Positions 14,341-23,005 of a DNA stretch of 25,243 nt are shown here, piece after piece. The translations under genes were made by a program, and so were the position numbers. The notes beneath the pieces were generated by a model that did no database searches, was not told the DNA's origin, and saw only the letters and a program-made list of their open reading frames with translations. Numbering within the stretch: the first letter of the stretch is position 1; every line of letters starts with the position of its first letter. Source of the stretch: a virus (lineage: Duplodnaviria > Caudoviricetes); IMG/VR virus record IMGVR_UViG_3300044676_000970, positions 1-25,243 of that record. The stretch is one strand, 5' to 3'.

Positions 14341-15964
14341 CGAAAACATTAGGATTCAACTAACCGCTGTCGATAAAACGCGCAGTGGTCTTGCCTCAGT
14401 AACTCGCGGCCTCAGAAGCGTCACTGGCGCTGTTTTCTCAATGCGTACTGCCATCGCCTCACTTGTTGGTGTAGGCGGTCTTGGCCTTGTTGTTAAGCAA
14501 TCACTAAGCGCCACGGATGCCTTGGCTAAAACGGCGTCCAAGATTGGCACCACTACTGAGCAGTTATCGCGGCTACAGTTTGCCGCCAGCATCTCAGGAA
14601 TCTCGATAGAGCAGACTAACATGGCCCTGCAAAGGCTTGTCCGTAGAACAGCGGAAGCCGCAGAGGGTACAGGTGAGGCTCAGGGTGCGCTGAGAGAGCT
14701 AGGCATTGACGCAAGAGCGGTGTCCAACATTGACCTTGATGTTTATATGCTTGAGCTTGCTGATGCGTTTAAGAACGTAGAGAGCGAGAGCCAGCGGTTA
14801 AGGCTGGCGTTCAAGCTATTCGATAGCGAAGGCGCGGCTTTTGTAAACGTCCTTAATCAAGGCTCTGGCGCACTTGATGAGTTGTTTGGCGAGGCCCAGG
14901 CACTTGGGTTGGTCATGCGTGCAAACGTGGCGCAGTCAGTTGAGAACGCCAATGACGCATTTACTAAGCTGGGCTTTTTGTTTAGGGGGCTACGAGATCA
15001 GATAGTTGGCGCACTGGCTCCCGCACTAGAGGCCGCTGTCACAAGCCTCACGGAGTTTCTCAAGGGTCTTGGCGATAACGGCATAGAGGTATGGGCGCGT
15101 ACTACTTCCAAGCTGGTGCTTGAGACGTTTGCTGGCTTTGTCAGGGGTATAGGCAAAACGCTTGAAGGGCTTTACCGATTCGCTAATGGCATTATCACGG
15201 TCATCAATGTAATTGGCTCGCTATCAGATAGCTTTGTACCTCTGGAAGAAATTGCTTTTAAACTTCCCGAATATTTTGGCGATGCGGCTGACCAAATACA
15301 GCGGTTTGCTGACAACATTGGCAAGCTACCAGAGTCGCTAGACCCTGCCACACAGAAAGCGGGCGAAACGCTCAATGTGTTTGGCAAAATGGGCCGATCT
15401 ATCAAATCCGTAGTCGATCAAATCCCGTCACTTGATCAATCATTCCGTAGCGTTGTATCAGGTGCGATCGGGCAGTTTACGCAAGCCTTTACGGATGGCG
15501 TGACCGGAGCCAAGAACTTTGCTGATGCCGTTAAGGATATGGCCCGAAGCGTCATCAACTCGCTCATCAAAATTCTCGTTCAGTATTACATTACCAAGCC
15601 GCTATTTGATGCTATTTCTGGCTTTATCGGTGGAATAGGTGGATCGCCTGCGCCGACTGGTGGCGGTGGCCCTGGTGTGCGTGCAGTCGGTGGCCCAGTA
15701 TCAGCAGGATCACCATATATTGTCGGTGAGCGTGGCCCTGAGCTGTTTATTCCGTCATCTAGCGGTCAGGTACAGCCTAATGGCAGAATGGGCGGCGGTG
15801 GCGTCACGGTAAATCAAAACATCAATATCTCTACAGGTGTAGCGCAGACGGTACGCGCTGAAGTCCTTAACCTTATGCCGCAGATCGCAGAGAGTGCGAA
15901 GGCGGCGGTGGCTGACTCGCGCATGAGAGGCGGTGGCTACAGCAAAGCATTGATAGGTATGTAA
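14333..15964 (+). CDS. tail tape measure protein
   Basis: 543 aa, Ala/Gly/Leu-rich and helical, with N-terminal IQLTAVDKT and C-terminal RAVGGPVSAGSPYIVGERGPELFIP motifs. Confidence 0.92.
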   Translation: MADENIRIQLTAVDKTRSGLASVTRGLRSVTGAVFSMRTAIASLVGVGGLGLVVKQSLSATDALAKTASKIGTTTEQLSRLQFAASISGISIEQTNMALQRLVRRTAEAAEGTGEAQGALRELGIDARAVSNIDLDVYMLELADAFKNVESESQRLRLAFKLFDSEGAAFVNVLNQGSGALDELFGEAQALGLVMRANVAQSVENANDAFTKLGFLFRGLRDQIVGALAPALEAAVTSLTEFLKGLGDNGIEVWARTTSKLVLETFAGFVRGIGKTLEGLYRFANGIITVINVIGSLSDSFVPLEEIAFKLPEYFGDAADQIQRFADNIGKLPESLDPATQKAGETLNVFGKMGRSIKSVVDQIPSLDQSFRSVVSGAIGQFTQAFTDGVTGAKNFADAVKDMARSVINSLIKILVQYYITKPLFDAISGFIGGIGGSPAPTGGGGPGVRAVGGPVSAGSPYIVGERGPELFIPSSSGQVQPNGRMGGGGVTVNQNINISTGVAQTVRAEVLNLMPQIAESAKAAVADSRMRGGGYSKALIGM

Positions 15965-16506
15965 TGGCGGCTTTCCCTACTACAGTCGGAATCCAGAGCA
16001 TGACCATGCGGTTGCGCTCTGCCACGGCGATGACAGAATCAGTCTTTACCTACGATCAGCAGGTGTTCTCGCATCCTGGCGTTCGATGGGAGGCAGAGGT
16101 AACACTGCCGCCAATGACTAGAGCGGAGGCCAAGGAGTATGAGGGCTTTTTTGCTGGTTTAAGGGGGATGAAAGAAACCTTCACGATGGGCAACCCGCTA
16201 CATACTGCAAGCATCACAGGGACAGTGACAGGTTCGGCTAATGACACGCAGATCACAGAGGCGTTTAGTGGGACGCACGCGGTAGGCGATTACTTTAGCG
16301 TGAGTGGGCATATCCACATCATCACGGAAATCGTGAACGGAACGACGATTAAGATTATGCCGCCTTTAAGACAAACAGTATCGGCGGCTACGGTAGACTT
16401 CACGCTTCCGGTTGGCACTTGGCGTCTTGCTTCAAACGAGATTGGCTGGAGTATTAACCAAGCGAGCATTTACGGTTTTAGCTTTTCGTGTATTGAGGCT
16501 ATCTGA
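15964..16506 (+). CDS. distal tail protein (Dit-like)
   Basis: Immediately after the TMP; ESVFTYDQQV...RWEAEVTLPPM...FSCIEAI. Confidence 0.7.
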   Translation: MAAFPTTVGIQSMTMRLRSATAMTESVFTYDQQVFSHPGVRWEAEVTLPPMTRAEAKEYEGFFAGLRGMKETFTMGNPLHTASITGTVTGSANDTQITEAFSGTHAVGDYFSVSGHIHIITEIVNGTTIKIMPPLRQTVSAATVDFTLPVGTWRLASNEIGWSINQASIYGFSFSCIEAI

Positions 16507-17153
16507 TGTCTACCAGCCGAGGGCTTAGTAATGATATGGAGGCAATGGCGATTGCTTCCGAGGTCAGGCCGCTTATTCTTGTTGAGGCGCTATTTGATTC
16601 CAATGCGCCCACCAGCTACCTGTATCTCTGGAATGGGATCGGTAGCCTGTCTTATGACAGCAAGACGTATGTAGGGGCAGGCAATCTGCTGTCCATCTCA
16701 GGGGTTTCTGAGAATGTAGAACTGCGAGCCTCTGGCATCACGGTACAGCTTAGTGGCATCAGTGACCCGCTATTGGCAAAGGCCAAGACAGAGGACTATC
16801 AAGGCCGTGAGCTATTGGTAAAGTTAGGCGGCTTCGATAGCAATGACAATGTGATCTCAAGCCCTACGGTTATCTTCTCGGGCTTCATGGACACCATGAC
16901 AATTACAGAGGGCGGCGAGACTGGGACGATTGCCGTCACGGTAGAGAATCGCCTTATCGAATTTGAAAAGACTAGAGTGCGCCGATACACAGACAACGAT
17001 CAGCGCATTGAATACCCCGCCGATGATGGTCTCGAGTACGTTTCTCAGATACAGGAAAAGGCTATCGTGTGGGGTGATAAAGATGCCAACCCGATCAGCT
17101 ACAGCAACGGGACTTACTCTCCAGGGACGCGATTCCCTGGATTCCGTCCGTAA
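16506..17153 (+). CDS. tail hub/minor tail protein (gpL-like)
   Basis: LWNGIGSL...YVGAGNLLSIS...ITVQLSGI...FSGFMDTM...RYTDNDQR...GLEYV...IVWG; synteny. Confidence 0.7.
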   Translation: MSTSRGLSNDMEAMAIASEVRPLILVEALFDSNAPTSYLYLWNGIGSLSYDSKTYVGAGNLLSISGVSENVELRASGITVQLSGISDPLLAKAKTEDYQGRELLVKLGGFDSNDNVISSPTVIFSGFMDTMTITEGGETGTIAVTVENRLIEFEKTRVRRYTDNDQRIEYPADDGLEYVSQIQEKAIVWGDKDANPISYSNGTYSPGTRFPGFRP

Positions 17154-17162
17154 GGAGCCAGC

Positions 17163-17612
17163 ATGGATTTTGCCCATGAGTCTTATATAAACGTTAAGAA
17201 TGAGATTAAGCCTCTTATCCAAGAGCATTGGAAAGAGATCGCGCTTCATCAAGGAGACATCAAACTAGAGCCAAATTGGAACACTTACTCACGGCTTGCA
17301 GATCAGGGCGCACTGCGCGTCTACACTGCCAGAAAGAGCGGTGAGCTTGTGGGCTACTTTGTCTGTATTGTGATGCCTAGCCTGCACTATATGAGGCACC
17401 TGTTTGCTAACAATGACATTCTTTTCCTCAAGAAGTCAGAGCGCAAAGGAACGGCTGGAATCCGTCTTATTAAGTTCGCCATCGAGGAACTGAAAAAAGA
17501 CGGCGTAACCCTTATCAACGTCAACGTGAAGAAAAAGCAGGACTTCGGCAAGGTGCTGGAGCATCTCGACTTTGAACACGTTGAGGATTTGTGGCAACTA
17601 AAGGTTAAGTAA
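17163..17612 (+). CDS. GNAT-family acetyltransferase-like protein
   Basis: YTARKSGELVGYF...DILFLKKSERKGTAGIRLIKFAIEELKKDGV...KVLEHLDF, giving a motif A-like R-K-G-x-x-G and a motif B-like segment; SD AAGGAG. Confidence 0.8.
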   Translation: MDFAHESYINVKNEIKPLIQEHWKEIALHQGDIKLEPNWNTYSRLADQGALRVYTARKSGELVGYFVCIVMPSLHYMRHLFANNDILFLKKSERKGTAGIRLIKFAIEELKKDGVTLINVNVKKKQDFGKVLEHLDFEHVEDLWQLKVK

Positions 17613-20600
17613 ATGGCAATTTCTGCTATTGCAGGATTAGCGGCGGCAGGCGGTGCGTTTGCGGCGGCAACTATCGCTGGCACGGCGTTTGGCCTAGTCG
17701 CGTTTGCAACGACCTTTGCAATAGGCGCTGGCCTGTCTATTGTCAGCAGGGCGTTAATGCCAAAACCTGACCTTGGCGGGTTAATGCAGGGAGTTACGGG
17801 CACAGTCCGTGAGGCAACCGCATCAAGAAAAGTCATCTATGGCAAGGTCAGAGTCGGTGGTGCTGTTGTATTTATCGCCAACTCAAACCAAAACAAAGAC
17901 CTTTATTTAGTTATCTGTTTTGCCTGTCACGAGATAGAAGGCTATGAGGCTGTTTATCTCAATGATGAGAAGGTCTGGGAAAACGGTAGCTATGTAAGTG
18001 ACTGGGCGAGTTATGCCAACTTTGCCTTTTACGATGGCACTCAGACAACTGCTGATTCTGTATTAAGCGGGGCATCAGCCTTCTGGGGTAGTACGCACGT
18101 TCTCAACGGCATCGCGTATATGCGGGTCAAATTAACGTGGGACGAGGATCGCAAGAAGTTCCCGCAGGGCGTGCCTAACGTCTCTGCTGTTATTAAGGGC
18201 AAGAAGCTATATGACCCACGATTGGACAGCACGATAGGCGGTAGTGGCAGTCATAGAAGTGGCGACCCAAGCACATGGGAATGGTCACAAAACCCCGCGC
18301 TTGCCCTTTATGACTATATGACCAACACCTATTATGGCCTTGGTGAAGATCACCTGAGTATGGATTATGACGCCTTTGGTGATGCCGCTGACGTATGCGA
18401 TGAGGCCGTCACATTGGACGCTGGTGGCACGCATGACCGATACCATGCTGACGGTGTGCTTGATACCGGAAACGCCATAAAGGGCAATATAGAGGCTCTC
18501 ACGGCGGCTATGGGCGGGCGCGTTGGTTATGTCGATGGGAAGTATTTTGCTCAGGCGTCAAAATACTACACGCCTACCATCACGATAGATGAGTCGATGA
18601 TGGTTGGGGCGATGAGCGTCCAGACCAAGCAAAGCCGTCGGTCTATGTATAACGGCGTCAAGGGGGTGTTTCTTTCGGAAGAAGAAAACTACACCCTAGT
18701 AGATTATCCCGCCAAGATTAGCTCAACCTACTCTACGCAGGACGGCGATCCTATTTACTTGGATATGCCACTACCCTTTGTTACTAACAACATAAGGGCG
18801 CAACGTCTTGCCAAGATTGCACTGCTGAAGTCACGCCAGCAGGTTGTTGTGAATGTGCCGCTGAACCTAGCCGCGCTCAAGTTTAAGGCTGGTGATTTCA
18901 TTGCCATTACCAGTGACAGAATGGACTGGAGCGCGAAGCCCTTTGAGGTTATTGGTTATGACCTACAGATTGGAAATGACGGCGCGATCATCGTAAATGT
19001 TCAAGCGATTGAGACTGATTCGGATGTCTACGACTGGACGGCTAGTGCAGACGAAGATCCATTCAATGAGCCAAGTGATCCCACGGTAAATGACGGTACT
19101 ACTGTTGCGGCACCGACAAACCTACAGCTTGAAGAAACAACCTCACTTGCGGCTGATGGCACTGTTCTCCCCGCCTTAAAAATTAGCTGGACGGCTTCAG
19201 TTGACGGCTTTGTAGAGTTTTACGAGGTCGAGGTAATTGAGCTGTCAGGTGGTGTTGAGCAGTCAGACACGACAATTTTCAACACTACGACGCTGACGGA
19301 AATTTTTATAGTCGGCCTGCGCACGCCTAGCGTTGAATATCGGGTCAAAGTGCGAGCGGTCAACCTTATAGGCGTTAAGTCTGCAGATCTAAGCAACAGC
19401 ACGGCATTGGTGCTGCAAGGCGACACAACTGCGCCATCTGCGCCAACTAGTGTCACGGCGACAGGCACTTACAAAGCAATCATAGTGACTTGGACGAACC
19501 CAACGGCTTCAGATCTTAAAGAAATTGAGATTTATAGGTCTGATACGTCAAACGGCACATACAGCAAAATCGCTGTAGTGACCGGAGAATCCTATACGGA
19601 TCAGGTGCTTACGTTCGGCACGACGAAATACTACAAAACGAAGGCTGTAGATTTTTCTGGCAATAAGTCAGGCTTTAGCAACTCTGACAGTGGCACTACA
19701 ACATTTATAGACACTGACGAATTTACGCAGGGCGTGGAGGATCTGTTTGCTAACGCGAATGTAAATCAGGTGGAGATTGTTTCTAGTCTGCCTGCGAGCG
19801 GTGACTATACGGGCCAGGTTGTATTTTTAACGACAGACAATCAGCTCTATAGGTGGACAGGCAGCGCATGGACAGCCGCCGTCCCATCTACTGAGGTGAC
19901 AGGGCAATTGACAGATGCGCAGCTGGCAGCAATCGCCGCTGCAAAGATCACCGGACAGATCACGACAACGCAAATTACCGACGATGCCATTACTACGCCA
20001 AAAATCAATGCAGGCGCTGTCAGTAGCGCAGAAATAGCTGCTGGCGCAGTAGTAGCAGACAAAATAGCCTCAAACGCAATAACGACGGCAAAAATTGAAG
20101 CCGGAGCGGTGACAGCAAACGAGATAGCTAGCGCAACGATTACGGGCAACAAGATTGTCGCAAATACTATAACCGGCGGGTTGCTAAGCACTGCAGGAAT
20201 CATAACGTCTAGCGCGCAGATCGATGACGCCCTAATTACAAATGCAAAAATAGACAATGGCGCGATAACGGCGGCGAAGATTGGAAGCCTGGCGGTTGAA
20301 ACGGCAAAAATTGCCAATAACGCAGTCACGATACCCGACGGTCAGACATTTAGCGCTACTAACACAACAATCACAACATCGTGGGCAGACGCCCATACCA
20401 TTACGGTTGATTTTGGTTCTGGCTGGGCCGATGTGGGCTCAGTTTTGGTTTTTGCCAGCATCACCTGTCAGGGAGTTTTAGGGACGAACAATAATCCACA
20501 AGCAGTTTTTGCAAGAGTATCAATATCAGGCGGGACCAGCCCGAGAGGTCAGGTGCAATTTACAACTGACAGGCCAGGACGCATTGTCGCGTTTAGTCCA

Positions 20601-20735
20601 ATAGGCGAGCTGCCTGGTCCCTCACAGCAGACTGTGACCTATGCCGTGCAAGTGCTGGCAAACTATTCAAACACGACGGGCGGCTACTGGAAGGTCGGAA
20701 ACGGAACATTGGCCGTCATGGGCAGCAAAAAATGA
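17613..20735 (+). CDS. tail tip/host-specificity protein (lambda J-like) with two FnIII domains and a 10-aa repeat stalk
   Basis: Hydrophobic N-terminus, RKVIYGKVRVGG, GKKLYDPR and WSQNPALALYDY. Two FnIII-like blocks (AAPTNLQL..ISWTAS..YRVKVRAVN; SAPTSVTA..VTWTNP..YYKTKAVDFSGN) and ITxAKI repeats follow. Confidence 0.9.
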   Translation: MAISAIAGLAAAGGAFAAATIAGTAFGLVAFATTFAIGAGLSIVSRALMPKPDLGGLMQGVTGTVREATASRKVIYGKVRVGGAVVFIANSNQNKDLYLVICFACHEIEGYEAVYLNDEKVWENGSYVSDWASYANFAFYDGTQTTADSVLSGASAFWGSTHVLNGIAYMRVKLTWDEDRKKFPQGVPNVSAVIKGKKLYDPRLDSTIGGSGSHRSGDPSTWEWSQNPALALYDYMTNTYYGLGEDHLSMDYDAFGDAADVCDEAVTLDAGGTHDRYHADGVLDTGNAIKGNIEALTAAMGGRVGYVDGKYFAQASKYYTPTITIDESMMVGAMSVQTKQSRRSMYNGVKGVFLSEEENYTLVDYPAKISSTYSTQDGDPIYLDMPLPFVTNNIRAQRLAKIALLKSRQQVVVNVPLNLAALKFKAGDFIAITSDRMDWSAKPFEVIGYDLQIGNDGAIIVNVQAIETDSDVYDWTASADEDPFNEPSDPTVNDGTTVAAPTNLQLEETTSLAADGTVLPALKISWTASVDGFVEFYEVEVIELSGGVEQSDTTIFNTTTLTEIFIVGLRTPSVEYRVKVRAVNLIGVKSADLSNSTALVLQGDTTAPSAPTSVTATGTYKAIIVTWTNPTASDLKEIEIYRSDTSNGTYSKIAVVTGESYTDQVLTFGTTKYYKTKAVDFSGNKSGFSNSDSGTTTFIDTDEFTQGVEDLFANANVNQVEIVSSLPASGDYTGQVVFLTTDNQLYRWTGSAWTAAVPSTEVTGQLTDAQLAAIAAAKITGQITTTQITDDAITTPKINAGAVSSAEIAAGAVVADKIASNAITTAKIEAGAVTANEIASATITGNKIVANTITGGLLSTAGIITSSAQIDDALITNAKIDNGAITAAKIGSLAVETAKIANNAVTIPDGQTFSATNTTITTSWADAHTITVDFGSGWADVGSVLVFASITCQGVLGTNNNPQAVFARVSISGGTSPRGQVQFTTDRPGRIVAFSPIGELPGPSQQTVTYAVQVLANYSNTTGGYWKVGNGTLAVMGSKK
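19948..20330 (+). repeat. 10-aa periodic repeats in the tail tip protein
   Basis: AITTPKINAG AVSSAEIAAG AVVADKIASN AITTAKIEAG AVTANEIASA TITGNKIVAN ... LITNAKIDNG AITAAKIGSL AVETAKIANN. Confidence 0.85.
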
Positions 20736-21289
20736 GATTTACTGCAGTCATTTATAACGCGGAAGGCAAAATTCTCAGCCAGCAGCTTAACGCAACAGAG
20801 CTGGCGCTTGAGGGCAAAAGCTACGTTGAGCACGAAATCGAGGGTGATCTAGACGATTTCTATGTCTCAGGGGGCGAGGTGCTAGCAAAAGGTAGCGCGC
20901 CATCAGAGGGACATGTTTTCAACTATACCACTGGATCGTGGGATTTAGACATTGACCTAGCTCGCAGCCTTAAGTGGGATGCCATCAAAGCCGCTAGGAG
21001 CGCCCAAGAGCACAATACGTTTGAGTGGAATGGTAACGTGCTGCAGTGCGACGAAAGCTCCCAGATGCGCATTCAAGCCGCTGTGCAGGCAGCAATAATT
21101 GACGATTCTATTGCTGACGTCTGGACGTTTGCAGACAACAGCACGCAAACCCTTAACGCTACAGAGCTAAAAGGAATGGGCAAGGCGTTATCGGAGCACG
21201 TAAAAGGCTGTCACGAGCGTGGTAGAATGTTAAGGGCGCAAATCGACGCCGCTACTACTTTGCAAGAATTGGAGGCTATAGTCTGGTGA
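20732..21289 (+). CDS. DUF4376-like tail fibre-associated protein
   Basis: FNYTTGSW..DLARSLKWDAIKAARS...LQCDESSQMRI...WTFADNSTQTLNATEL...LRAQIDAATTLQELEAIVW. Confidence 0.75.
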   Translation: MRFTAVIYNAEGKILSQQLNATELALEGKSYVEHEIEGDLDDFYVSGGEVLAKGSAPSEGHVFNYTTGSWDLDIDLARSLKWDAIKAARSAQEHNTFEWNGNVLQCDESSQMRIQAAVQAAIIDDSIADVWTFADNSTQTLNATELKGMGKALSEHVKGCHERGRMLRAQIDAATTLQELEAIVW

Positions 21290-21615
21290 GCACTTTTTAC
21301 TTTGTACAAGGAGATGATGCCCCGCAGCTGAAAGTTACGCTCACAAGAGATGAGACAGCAGCCGTCATTGATACTACGGGCAAGACGGTGGTTTTTAAGT
21401 ACCGCAGAAAAGGCGGGACTACGCCTTTGGGTACGCTTTCGGATTCATCGTCTGCACAGCAAAAAGAGGATGGAATCGCCATATTCCAATGGGGCACAAC
21501 TGACTTAGATATTGCCGCAGGAAATTATGAGGCAGAAGTGGAGATAACTGACTCGACAGGCTTAGTTGAAACGGTCTATGAACTGATTGAGTTTAGTATC
21601 CGCGAGGATTTCTAA
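21286..21615 (+). CDS. BppU N-terminal-like (Ig-like) baseplate/fibre adaptor
   Basis: FYFVQGDDAPQLKVTL...GIAIFQWGTTDLDIAAGNYEAEVEIT...IREDF; GTGA overlap with SD GGAGG. Confidence 0.65.
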   Translation: MSTFYFVQGDDAPQLKVTLTRDETAAVIDTTGKTVVFKYRRKGGTTPLGTLSDSSSAQQKEDGIAIFQWGTTDLDIAAGNYEAEVEITDSTGLVETVYELIEFSIREDF

Positions 21616-22526
21616 TGATCAAGGCCGCTGTACAAGTCGCCAGAGCATTAGCGAAAGTTGAATACTACACGCTAGTATTCCTATCTAAGCAGTTGAGCGA
21701 TAACGCATTTGTATCTGAAGCTCTCAGACTTCAGCTCTCGAAGGCACTCACAGACACGGCAGCGGTTGACGAAGCTGTCGTAATCTCTGCATTTAAGCCC
21801 TTTGACGAAGCAATAACGCTTACAGATGACCAGCAAATAGCTGTTTCTAAAGCGATCTCAGATCAGCTACAAATAAACGAGCAGCTTGCATTTGCTGTTA
21901 CGCAAGAAATAACAGATACAGCAAGTGTACTAGAAGCAGCGGTATTAGGCTTTACAAAGCCGCTTTCTGATTCATCTAGCGTCAGTGAATCTCATATCCT
22001 GGAATTTGCAAAGCAAATCACGGATATAGCAAACGTATCAGAGCAGATCGAACTTGTAAAATCCGCCCTTAAAACGATAGCTGATAGCGCTCAAATAAGC
22101 GAGGTTGCTGCCCTGAGTGCATCTAAGCCGCTTACGGATACCGCAACCATAGCGGAAGTAATTTCCCTGCTCCTAGTAATTCCACAAGTTCTTACGGATT
22201 CTGTGGACATAACAGAAAGCGCGATATTAGACATTGTTAAGACGCTCACCGACTCCGCTGTAGTATCAGAGCTTATGGCGCTTGCAATATCGAAGTCCGG
22301 CATTGTAGATCAGGCGCAAATTAGCGAGTCTGATGTTAAGTCTGTAAATAAATCAGTATCAGATACAGCAAGTGCAAGCGAGTTAGTAGTAAAATTAACT
22401 AGCGCCGTCAAAGCAGATTCAGCACAGATTGCGGATAGCGGTAACGGCAAGCAATCAGATTACTTAGTCAATCCATTTGACTATTTTGCCGAGGATTATG
22501 TCGGCAGTACGTTTACATTCACATAA
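21615..22526 (+). CDS. virion protein made of ~14 tandem 18-aa repeats
   Basis: Consensus x-x-K-x-(L/I)-(T/S)-D-x-A-x-(V/I)-S-E, e.g. LSKQLSDNAFVSEALRLQ, LSKALTDTAAVDE, FTKPLSDSSSVSE and ASKPLTDTATIAE. C-terminal DYFAEDYVG. Confidence 0.75.
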   Translation: MIKAAVQVARALAKVEYYTLVFLSKQLSDNAFVSEALRLQLSKALTDTAAVDEAVVISAFKPFDEAITLTDDQQIAVSKAISDQLQINEQLAFAVTQEITDTASVLEAAVLGFTKPLSDSSSVSESHILEFAKQITDIANVSEQIELVKSALKTIADSAQISEVAALSASKPLTDTATIAEVISLLLVIPQVLTDSVDITESAILDIVKTLTDSAVVSELMALAISKSGIVDQAQISESDVKSVNKSVSDTASASELVVKLTSAVKADSAQIADSGNGKQSDYLVNPFDYFAEDYVGSTFTFT

Positions 22527-22537
22527 GGAATTTAATC

Positions 22538-22984
22538 ATGTTGAAAGAAACTCCAAAAGTAACTGGTCATTTGGAAGTGGTATTACGAGACAAAAATGGC
22601 AAAGTTAAAGATCAGCGCAAGTTGAAAAATCTGGTCGTTACAACTGGCGTAAACTATATTGCTGACCGAATGGCTGACGCCGCAGAAAGTGCTATGTCGC
22701 ACATGGCAGTAGGTACGGGCTCAACCGCTGCGGCGGCTGGCGATACTACGTTAGGAACAGAAAGCGCCCGGGTGGCTTTAACATCTACAGCGCAAACCAA
22801 TGAAGATGTTGTTTATGTTGCAAGTTTTGGTGCTGGCACCGGCACTGGCGCATTAACAGAAGCAGGCATTCTCAACGCGGCATCATCTGGCACGTTGCTA
22901 TGTAGGACAGTGTTTTCAGCGGTGAACAAAGGCGCTGACGATACCCTGCAGATTACCTGGACGATAACTGTAGCGGCATCTTAA
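22538..22984 (+). CDS. tail-collar fibre-like (DUF3751-related) structural protein
   Basis: NLVVTTG...MSHMAVGTG...DTTLGTE...LTEAGILNA..GTLLCRTVF..VNKGADDTLQITWTITV; SD AAGGA. Confidence 0.65.
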   Translation: MLKETPKVTGHLEVVLRDKNGKVKDQRKLKNLVVTTGVNYIADRMADAAESAMSHMAVGTGSTAAAAGDTTLGTESARVALTSTAQTNEDVVYVASFGAGTGTGALTEAGILNAASSGTLLCRTVFSAVNKGADDTLQITWTITVAAS

Positions 22985-23005
22985 TTTAGGAAAGGGTGAC
23001 TCTTT

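Noticed and set aside
1-19400. Avoidance of CCWGG or GATC as additional R-M signals
   Set aside because: Both occur repeatedly in the core (e.g. CCTGG near 1223, 2200 and 3102; GATC throughout), so the depletion is specific to GCWGC/GGWCC among the motifs I checked.
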